In this document: positions 41,808-49,939 of the stretch, in pieces
Layout: every line of letters starts with the position of its first letter
Numbering within the stretch: position 1 is the stretch's first letter
NCBI GenBank assembly: GCA_025061115.1
Contig: JANZKC010000001.1
Location: forward strand, 128,001 to 192,000
Reading direction: 5' to 3'
Length of the DNA: 64,000 nt
DNA from: Candidatus Culexmicrobium cathedralense
GTDB lineage: Archaea; Thermoproteota; Methanomethylicia; Culexarchaeales; Culexmicrobiaceae
Program-made: the position numbers and the translations under genes
The notes under the pieces: model-generated
Seen by the model: only the letters and a program-made list of their open reading frames with translations
Told to the model about the DNA's origin: nothing
Databases searched by the model: none

Positions 41808-42878
41808 CTACTTCAACTTAAATCCACGTTTTCTAGCATAAATAATCATCAAGGCCACAACAATTAAAACAACAACTATTGAAACATAACCCAAAATCTG
41901 CGTTAAAGGTAAACTAGGAATCTTAAATCCCTTTTCAACAACTTTAAATTTGATCCGTATACCATCAATCAACTTGCCTGGAATGTTATAATACGGCTTA
42001 TCTATAATAGCATCATTGGTAATCGCATAAGAAACAATCACCCCCTCCATTCTTCCTCTTCCAATAACATAATCAATAGATGAGAAGTAAATGTCTTCAA
42101 AAACGTAGTCAAGATTACCTGGCCTTTGAAATTCAATATAAATAACTGATTTAAAAGACTTTTTACTAGCAGTGAAAGGTTCAGTTATATTCAAAATTTC
42201 AAACAAATCAAAAACATAAGTTTTACCAGCTTTAAAACTATAATAATTATCAAATTTTTTCTTAATTTCAATTTTGTAACTCCAATAACCTAAAGATTTA
42301 TCATAAGTCATTATAAATGACAATAAAGTTCCATTAGTCATAAAGCATTTACTCTTTATGAAAGAAAGAAAACCATCTTCAGGCCTTACTTCAAAAAATA
42401 AATCTATAATTTTATTGACATCAATATCAAACACTTTGTATATTAAATATAATATCCTAACTTTAGTTCCAGTCCATGGATTTGTCACATCAACAGGCTT
42501 CTTCTCGGCCAATTCACAATATGCCCCAAAATATGTACTCACTATTTTTTGAGCAGTTATCTGTCCAATCTCCTCAGCCTCTTCAAAGCTAAAGTCCATG
42601 CAATTATAGCGTAAGCACAAATTTGTATGAACTCCAATTAAAGTAGAGATTGAAAAAGACTCCAACTTATCAATATGCGGTATGTTTAATATGTTTAAGT
42701 TAAATATATCTAAAAATGGCTTTTCAAGTTTAGATTCAAGAAATATTATGATGGAACCATCTTTGTTTATTATTACTCTTATTTCTTCATGAGGCTCCAA
42801 AATTACCTGAGAACTCAAGAAATTATGTAGCATCAAGAGGATTAAGATAGGCATTATCCTACTTTTCATCAAAATCAC
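41808..42878 (-). CDS. Hypothetical secreted protein with C-terminal membrane anchor (paralogue of 37357-38469)
   Basis: Signal peptide, C-terminal TM plus basic tail, shared blocks KIIDLFFEVRP, FKAGKTYVFDLF, IDGIRIKFKVVEKGFK. Confidence 0.75.
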   Translation of the reverse strand: MILMKSRIMPILILLMLHNFLSSQVILEPHEEIRVIINKDGSIIIFLESKLEKPFLDIFNLNILNIPHIDKLESFSISTLIGVHTNLCLRYNCMDFSFEEAEEIGQITAQKIVSTYFGAYCELAEKKPVDVTNPWTGTKVRILYLIYKVFDIDVNKIIDLFFEVRPEDGFLSFIKSKCFMTNGTLLSFIMTYDKSLGYWSYKIEIKKKFDNYYSFKAGKTYVFDLFEILNITEPFTASKKSFKSVIYIEFQRPGNLDYVFEDIYFSSIDYVIGRGRMEGVIVSYAITNDAIIDKPYYNIPGKLIDGIRIKFKVVEKGFKIPSLPLTQILGYVSIVVVLIVVALMIIYARKRGFKLK

Positions 42879-42936
42879 ATAAATAATTTAAGAAAAATAT
42901 ATATAAGTTTTTTCAAAGAAAGAGTGGTGCTTTAAC

Positions 42937-43359
42937 GTGAAGACATCTATAATTACCTTTGTATTGCTAGGCATTCTGTCCATCATCCCTCAAGCACTTG
43001 CAATAAACATAATACAGCCGTGCTGATATGTTGATATCCATGGATTTTTAAATTATGTAGAAGATTTTGACCAGTACTTTCACTGGGGATCATGTTATGA
43101 TGTAGTGACATTTTATGTCATTGATCCGCCGCCTAATGAGGGAGTCTACTTAAAAATTGAAGGTTTAGACATTGATGGTAAAGTTGTAGATGCGGAGTGC
43201 ATAGCGCCAAGTTCATTTGTCTGGCAAGTAGAATTGGTACCGGAAAACGGTACTTCAATATGGTATGTCAAAATAACATATTTATGGTGGTCCGGAGATT
43301 CTCCAGCTCCGGTTGTTGAATATTATGGTGACATATATTATACTGGCGGTCCAGTATAA
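42937..43359 (+). pseudogene. Small secreted protein (140 codons) with one in-frame TGA
   Basis: GGTG RBS plus GTG at 42937, signal peptide MKTSIITFVLLGILSIIPQALA, TGA at 43024, then in frame with ORF 43105-43359. Confidence 0.6.
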
Positions 43360-43367
43360 ATTCAATT

Positions 43368-44273
43368 TTATATTATTAAATTTGTTTCCCATTTTAATTG
43401 TTTGTGATAAGTTTTGTGTGGTTTGAACTCAGCTTTTAATTTTTCGGGGTTTTCTCCTTTCCATGGTATTTTGGTTGGATTTATTTCGCCATATCCCCAT
43501 TTGTGTAGGTAGTGGAGGTAGCCTATGTCTTGTGGGTTGAAGCCCATCATGTAGGCGGTTAGCGAGTCGAGGTGCAGTGGATTTGTTGATGCTAGGAATG
43601 CTCCCCACTTTATGGGTTCGCCGTGCACTGGGCCGTTTCCTTGCATTCCTTCTAGGCCGTCGATGACTCCTAGGTCTGGCATTACTTTTGCTGCTACTTT
43701 TGCTATGTTTAGGTTGATGTAGTGGTATCCTTGATGCATTAATGGTTTTTCTCTGCGTGGAATTACTCCCATGGACATGTTTTTGATTGTTAAGGTGACT
43801 ATTACTGTGTCGTGAGTTTTTGGTCTGCAGATTGATATTTTGAAGAGATTCTCGTTTAGGGCTATTTTTGCTAGTCTTATGTTGAATTTTTCTCCTTTGC
43901 TGTTAAAGACTTCTATTGTTTCAAATTCATCTTCGTCGAGATATATGAATTCTATTGGGTATTTTTCTTTAAGCTTTATGTAATCGTAATTTTTTAATGC
44001 GTCCCAAAGCGTTCCGTCCGCCGGCGACTCGGCCATAATTACTTCACTTGGACTGAAGTTTTCGTATAGGTAGCTTAGTAGTACATCTACAGCTTCTACT
44101 GGTGTTGCTGAAAGCATAACTTTAACTGACACGAAGTTTGGCTTGACCAGTATTTTCTTTCGATTGCGCATCTTAACTTCTATTTCATTTCTTATTAATT
44201 CAAGAGCGTTCCAAATTCCTTCTTGCCTTGAATCTGCCTTCACTATTGAAACTGAGCCCTTCATCGTATTCAC
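43368..44273 (-). CDS. DUF362 domain protein
   Basis: ILVKPNFV, PKTHD...TLTIKN, IDGLEGMQGNGP. Confidence 0.85.
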   Translation of the reverse strand: MNTMKGSVSIVKADSRQEGIWNALELIRNEIEVKMRNRKKILVKPNFVSVKVMLSATPVEAVDVLLSYLYENFSPSEVIMAESPADGTLWDALKNYDYIKLKEKYPIEFIYLDEDEFETIEVFNSKGEKFNIRLAKIALNENLFKISICRPKTHDTVIVTLTIKNMSMGVIPRREKPLMHQGYHYINLNIAKVAAKVMPDLGVIDGLEGMQGNGPVHGEPIKWGAFLASTNPLHLDSLTAYMMGFNPQDIGYLHYLHKWGYGEINPTKIPWKGENPEKLKAEFKPHKTYHKQLKWETNLII

Positions 44274-44400
44274 TCATTATTTTCATAGGCATCTACTGCT
44301 TTTGAATCTTTACTAATATTCTTAAGTATCATGCCTATGAACGCTAATTAAATGCAGGGTTATGACATAAATGCGAAAATTGTATGTTAAGCTTTAAAAT

Positions 44401-44960
44401 TTAATTTTTTACCAACAGTATGAAGATGAGCTCTTTTATATTCTCAATGCACTTTATTTTCAAATTTCTCTTCTTTAATTCAAATATTATTATTGTTAGT
44501 AAGCTCAGCATGAAGATTACTTGCATTATCATTGAAGCCAATATCCAGTCGCCAAGTAGAATTAAAGCGTCGATGCTTTCACTTGTTATTGGCCAGAAAA
44601 GTGGATTGTAGGGGTGATGCAGCGAATCTGTTATTAAGTGAATTTCGGATGACAGCTGCACTGAGAAGGCATAGTTGACTGTGCTGTGTTCATGTTTGAA
44701 CTTTTTACTCAATATTTTTCGATAAACATTCTGTAAAGTGGAAGTAGGATTAAGCCGATGATCCATGATAAAGCTAGCGAACCGATTAGGCTATGTAAAA
44801 CTAATCTGTTGAATGGTGGATATAAGCCAATTAGGAAGAGTATTGGAGTTTCTATATCCGGAATAGCGGATCCAATTACTAACCCTGGCAGACTTAATTT
44901 TCTTCTACTAATTTTATGAATAGCATATGCATGAACGTAGTGGAGGGGAGTTAAAACCAT
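44401..44960 (-). pseudogene. DUF4184-like membrane metal-dependent hydrolase split by a frameshift
   Basis: TPLH...GLVIGSAIPD...HSLIG then HLITDSLHHPYNPLFWP in the next frame; one extra A in the A5 run (44715-44719) restores EKILSKK. Confidence 0.7.
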
Positions 44961-44995
44961 AATGTAGCATCTCTTAACAACTTATTTCATTAATG

Positions 44996-46972
44996 CTAAG
45001 TTTTGTCGATTAGTTTTTGAACTTTCACTAGAGTTGAATTGAATATTGGGCCTCCGCCTATTACTTGCGTTTCACATGGTACGAGAGTGTTTTGAGCTTC
45101 TTGATTTAACCCTATTAGCTGTCTTGGAGCCCACATGGCGCCTCTGGAAACTTTCTCTGTCACTATTGCCCTAACCTCTACTACACCAAGTTCATTATAA
45201 AGCTCGACGATGTCTCCATCTTTAATGTTTAGATTTTTAGCGTCATCAATGTTTATCCATACAATTTGTGGGATATCTCCATATACTTCTCGGAATTGAG
45301 TGTGGGTGTATTTTGAAGTTGAGCTGTTTAATAGGATCATGTATCCCTCCTTCATCTTAAGCTGATGCTGTTTCGGCAGTGGATTTAAACCCAGTTTTTC
45401 AGCTTTCTTCGAGGAAAACTCTATTTTGCCTGTTATGGTTTGATATCTGCTTTTTTGCTTTACTTTAAGTTTTAATGTTGCGCCATTAATTAAGTCTTCA
45501 AATGAGCCATTTTCTATAGCATCTTTAAGTGCTATGCGAAGTGCATGCAATGGATCTTCATAGATCCACTCATCCTTCAATCCAAGCCTAACGGCTAATT
45601 CCCTCATAATCCAAATCTCATCTTTGCTTTCACCCAAAGGCTCCACCGCTTTATTTGAAATTCTAATGTATCTGTGACTGTATGGAATGACTACATCGAC
45701 TTTTTCTAGGTAGGTTGGAGCTGGCAATACAATATCAGCATATTTTGCTGTTTCAGTCCAGTGGGTATCGTGAACTACCACAAAAACATCACTTCTATTT
45801 AATCCTCTTCTAACTGCATTTTGATCTGGCAGGGTAACTGCTGGATTCATATTATAAATATATATGAATTTGAATTCTCCTCTTTCAAGTAGCTTGCCAA
45901 GCGCTACTTGACTTACTATTGATGGCTTCCTTGCTGTTAGGCTTTCGCCTGTCAAGTATGAAATATCGATACTCCATCCTTTACTATTGGTGTAGTAGAA
46001 GCCTCTATTCAATCCTAACAGTGCAGGGATGAGTACAATTGCTCTAACTGACTCGGCGCCGTACTTGCTCTTTTGTAGTCCTATTCCTATCATGGTTGCG
46101 CTTGGCTTTAAATTACCGTAGAATTCCCCTAGCTCTTCAATTAAACTCCACTTGATGCCAGTTACTTCTTCCACTTTTTCAGGCGTCCACTTCATTGCTT
46201 CCTCTTTAAATTTCTCATACCCATAGGTCCACTTCTCAATGAAATCTAAGTCTACGTAATTATGGTCTATAAGATATCTTGCAACTCCATATGCTAATGC
46301 GACATCGCTTCCAGGTTTAGGTTGAAGCCACTTGTCTGCCTTTTCTGCGGATTCACTCCTTCTAGGATCAATTACTACTAGTTGAGCTCCGCGCTTTTTA
46401 GCTTCGAGAGATAAGGCCCACAAGTGAGGAGCACTAACTGCAGCATTAAATCCCCAAAATACTATAAGTTTCATTTCAGGAAGTTCGTCAGGCTGAATTC
46501 CATAGGTTAATCCGTAGTGCATGGAGATAGCTTCATGACCAGATTTACTGCAAATACTGTAATCTGTTCTAGTTGCTCCAATTGCGTACCACAACCTCTG
46601 CGAGAAATATTGAGTGAGCAAGCCCATGTTTCCACTGTACTCTAGGTGCAGAATTGCTTGAGGACCATAATTCTCCAAAACCTCTTTAAGCCTACTAGCG
46701 ATCATGTCTAAAGCTTCAGTCCATGAAACTTTCACGAATACTCCACTATTCTTACAACCTATCCTAATATGTGGGTAGAGGATTCTATTGCTGCTGTAAA
46801 CTCTTTCAGGATCTTTTGCAGCTCTAGGGCAGGTGAAGCCTCTAGTAATTGGGTGACCTACTTCACCTTCAACGCGAATTAACTTGCCATTTTCAACCAA
46901 AGCTACTAGGAAACATGTGTCATAGCAATCTCTAGCACAAACGGTTTTAATTCGCTTCATAGCAAACTCCAC
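44996..46972 (-). CDS. Molybdopterin (bis-MGD) oxidoreductase catalytic subunit
   Basis: CxxDCxDxC...TCP Fe-S motif, IDPRRS, PGSDVALA, TETAKYADIVLPA, C-terminal molydop-binding domain. Confidence 0.9.
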   Translation of the reverse strand: MEFAMKRIKTVCARDCYDTCFLVALVENGKLIRVEGEVGHPITRGFTCPRAAKDPERVYSSNRILYPHIRIGCKNSGVFVKVSWTEALDMIASRLKEVLENYGPQAILHLEYSGNMGLLTQYFSQRLWYAIGATRTDYSICSKSGHEAISMHYGLTYGIQPDELPEMKLIVFWGFNAAVSAPHLWALSLEAKKRGAQLVVIDPRRSESAEKADKWLQPKPGSDVALAYGVARYLIDHNYVDLDFIEKWTYGYEKFKEEAMKWTPEKVEEVTGIKWSLIEELGEFYGNLKPSATMIGIGLQKSKYGAESVRAIVLIPALLGLNRGFYYTNSKGWSIDISYLTGESLTARKPSIVSQVALGKLLERGEFKFIYIYNMNPAVTLPDQNAVRRGLNRSDVFVVVHDTHWTETAKYADIVLPAPTYLEKVDVVIPYSHRYIRISNKAVEPLGESKDEIWIMRELAVRLGLKDEWIYEDPLHALRIALKDAIENGSFEDLINGATLKLKVKQKSRYQTITGKIEFSSKKAEKLGLNPLPKQHQLKMKEGYMILLNSSTSKYTHTQFREVYGDIPQIVWINIDDAKNLNIKDGDIVELYNELGVVEVRAIVTEKVSRGAMWAPRQLIGLNQEAQNTLVPCETQVIGGGPIFNSTLVKVQKLIDKT

Positions 46973-47116
46973 GCCGATGGAAATTACAAACTACATTGCA
47001 CAATTACACAATTATCCCTTTTACTTTCTTATCTAGCAAAGCTAAATTAAAGCTCCTCAGCTACAACTTCAATTACTCACCATCTTTATATTTCTCACTT
47101 CACTTTGAAATGATGG

Positions 47117-48493
47117 ATGGTGCTTGAAATGTCCTTTAGAGATGAGGGTAAAGAGCTCAGCATGATTTTAGAGAGAGGTAAATGCGCTTGGGGTAGATGC
47201 TACTTCTGCGGTTGGGGTAAAAAGGAAGTTAAAGTTAGCATTAATAAATTGAAACGGAGATTAGAGGGGTTCTTAAAGAAGCACTCTAAGGCTGGGAAAA
47301 TTGGGAAGCTAAAGATTTTCTCGTCTGGAAGCTTTCTAGATGAAAAGCAGTTTCCAAGTGAATTCGTCAAGTTTGTTGTTGAAGCCGCTGAAAAATATGG
47401 TGTTGAGGAGCTTGTGGTTGAGTCTAGGCCGGAGTTCATAACTGATAATAGACTTAAGCTCTTAAAGAGCAGTAAAGTTAAGGTTACTGTTGCTATGGGC
47501 TTAGAAATTGCTGATAACGACATTCTAACGAATTTCTATAGAAAGGGTTTTAGAGTTGAAGATTACTTGAATGCTGTTGAAACATTGCGTAGAAATGGGT
47601 TTGGAGTTAGAGCTTATGTTCTAGTTAATGGTCACCCAATTTTATATGAGAATCCTGATTTGCAGAGGAAACTCCTTGACAAAACTATGGAGTTGGCTTT
47701 GAAAATTGCCGATACAATTGTTATAATTAATGCTTACCCCCATGTTAAGGCTGATTTATGGAATGACTGGATTGAGGGCAGGTGGAAACCACTTGACGAG
47801 AAACAGTTTTACGATTTAGTAGGAAAATGGCGTGACAACCCTAAAGTTGAGCTTGACTTCAACAATTACTACTTCATTCCAAAATTTCCTAGAGAAAAGA
47901 AGGTGTTATTGAAGGGAGTTGGACATGACTTTTTAGTTCACCCATACTATGAGGTTTGGCAGGACTACTTCGTCCGCTTCTACAAGCCTCCTAAAGGCAA
48001 AGATTACGTCTTATTCCTTCCATGCGCATATAGGAAGCCCTATACGAGGTCTAGGACTTGGAAAGCAATTTTAGGAGCTATTTCAGGCTATCCATTCTTT
48101 AAGAAGCTACATTTAATTGCAGTTAGCAGCCCAGGCGTAATACCGTATGAATTTATAAATTACTATCCATTCAACGCCTATGACTGGCCTGAATGGCTTG
48201 AAACTCAGGAAATTAAGAGAGAGTACATTGAAGTCACGAAGGAGAGAGTAAAGAATTATGTGAAAGCTCATGAAAAATGCTACAAACTCTACTTCGCATA
48301 CTTCAAGCCTGACGCAGAAACAATGAGGGCAATTAAACTCGCATTTGAAGAGATGAAGTTAATTGAAAAGCTCGTAGTTATAATTGATGAAGAGACGTAC
48401 GCTAAAATTGTTGAAGAGAAGTTTAAGCCCCCAGTTGCACATCCACTTGCACTGGAAAAGCTTAGAAAAATATTGAGGCAGTTTTTAGCTTAA
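47117..48493 (+). CDS. Fusion: RaSEA-like radical SAM domain + ArcS-type (DUF5591) domain, putative archaeosine biosynthesis protein
   Basis: CxxxxCxxC, KIFSSGSFLD, VESRPEFI, AMGLE; C-terminal LPCAYRKPYTRS...SSPGVIPYE...YDWP. Confidence 0.8.
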   Translation: MVLEMSFRDEGKELSMILERGKCAWGRCYFCGWGKKEVKVSINKLKRRLEGFLKKHSKAGKIGKLKIFSSGSFLDEKQFPSEFVKFVVEAAEKYGVEELVVESRPEFITDNRLKLLKSSKVKVTVAMGLEIADNDILTNFYRKGFRVEDYLNAVETLRRNGFGVRAYVLVNGHPILYENPDLQRKLLDKTMELALKIADTIVIINAYPHVKADLWNDWIEGRWKPLDEKQFYDLVGKWRDNPKVELDFNNYYFIPKFPREKKVLLKGVGHDFLVHPYYEVWQDYFVRFYKPPKGKDYVLFLPCAYRKPYTRSRTWKAILGAISGYPFFKKLHLIAVSSPGVIPYEFINYYPFNAYDWPEWLETQEIKREYIEVTKERVKNYVKAHEKCYKLYFAYFKPDAETMRAIKLAFEEMKLIEKLVVIIDEETYAKIVEEKFKPPVAHPLALEKLRKILRQFLA

Positions 48494-48504
48494 AATAGCC
48501 GTAA

Positions 48505-49248
48505 TTACTTTAATTTAAATACTCGTAAAGCATTTTCGCCCAGTACTAACTCTAATTCACGCCTGCTAAGGCCGGAAACTCTCACCTTCTCTAATTCAAA
48601 TGCTGGATGGCCGAAAGGCATGTCAGAGCCATAAAGTATTCTTTCAGGTCCTAACACTTCAGCTGCCTCCTTAATTTTACTGTGCATTGGCATTCCAGAG
48701 GTCTCGAGCATTATGTTTTCATGCTTCTTCGCAATTTCAATTGCACCATTAATGTAAACTATGTGTCCATGCCCCATGTGACCAAGGATTATGGTTACAT
48801 CCGGAAACCTATCTGCTAATGGCGAGAAATGCCATGGAAGCGACCACGGCGGATGACCGCAGTGGAATAGTACTGGAATGCCATGTTTTCGAGCCCTTTC
48901 CATTATTGGATCAACTATTTCTTGATCAGGCAAGTAGGAGTCTAATAGTGGATGCAGCTTAATTCCCTTGAAATTCCACTCAATTACTGCTTTATCAATT
49001 AACTTTATCGCCTCATCACCGCGATGAGGATTAACCCAAACTAAGCCCGCCAACCTCTCTGGATACTTCTGTACAGCCTTTAAAGTTAATTCATTTGGAA
49101 GTGAAAAGACAATCGACTTTTCAATGTTATATTCATCCATCAATTTTATCATGGAATCGGCATCTAATCTGACATTGAAAAGAGGAAAATCGCCTAAATG
49201 GGTATGCGAATCCACGATCACAGACATGCGAATCACCTCAAACAACAT
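48505..49248 (-). CDS. Amidohydrolase_2 family metal-dependent hydrolase
   Basis: DSHTH, KGIKLHP, LFHCG, ILGHMG, YGSDMP. Confidence 0.88.
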   Translation of the reverse strand: MLFEVIRMSVIVDSHTHLGDFPLFNVRLDADSMIKLMDEYNIEKSIVFSLPNELTLKAVQKYPERLAGLVWVNPHRGDEAIKLIDKAVIEWNFKGIKLHPLLDSYLPDQEIVDPIMERARKHGIPVLFHCGHPPWSLPWHFSPLADRFPDVTIILGHMGHGHIVYINGAIEIAKKHENIMLETSGMPMHSKIKEAAEVLGPERILYGSDMPFGHPAFELEKVRVSGLSRRELELVLGENALRVFKLK

Positions 49249-49756
49249 ACTCTACTCTCATCGCCTTTCGAATAGCAGCCATTAATGGAATTGTAACTAT
49301 TATGTCAACAGCGCTAAGCGGGAAGAATGTTATTAGGTCTAGGTAAGCTACTGGACCTAAAAGCCAATAATCATATAGGAAGTATGCAGTGTTTTTCCAT
49401 ATGTGGCTAATGATCATTGCCAACAGCTCTGATGTCCTGGGCTTATTGCTAATAATTCTCCTCATTTTACCTAAAATAAATCCCATAATTCCACGTATAA
49501 CTATAGTTGCTGGAGCCCACTGAATAAAAGCACTCTGATACATTGGATTCCAAACGTCGAATAAAGCTGCTCCAACACCACATGCAAAAGCACCAATCTT
49601 CGGTCCAAACATTATTGCAGCGATAAAGGAAGCCACATCACCCAAATGCCAAACACCCAAAGGTTTCGGCATTGGAACAGCAATACAAGTCATAACGTAC
49701 ACTAGTGCAGTCATAGCAGCAGTATAAGCAATAACCTTCGCTCCACTTGTACTCAT
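49238..49756 (-). CDS. ECF transporter S-component
   Basis: AAMTALVYV...P.P.G..HLGD...FGP..GA...GVGAALFD, WAPAT.VIRG. Confidence 0.85.
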   Translation of the reverse strand: MSTSGAKVIAYTAAMTALVYVMTCIAVPMPKPLGVWHLGDVASFIAAIMFGPKIGAFACGVGAALFDVWNPMYQSAFIQWAPATIVIRGIMGFILGKMRRIISNKPRTSELLAMIISHIWKNTAYFLYDYWLLGPVAYLDLITFFPLSAVDIIVTIPLMAAIRKAMRVEYVV

Positions 49757-49939
49757 GATTGAGCCCTCATCAACATAATGATGATAAACTTATATGCTGA
49801 TACTAATGCCGCAATAATAATGATATAATATTGAAGATTTAATATTAAAAATTTTAATTAATTTATGTAGTGCATTGAAGTCGAGGAGGTCATTATGGAA
49901 CTCAAGGAGATTCATTAAATATAAAGATTAGACTTAAAT

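Noticed and set aside
49779-49801. ATGATGA-12nt-CTGA resembling the C and D' boxes of a C/D sRNA
   Set aside because: No convincing C'/D boxes follow, and it overlaps the likely promoter of the ECF gene on the other strand
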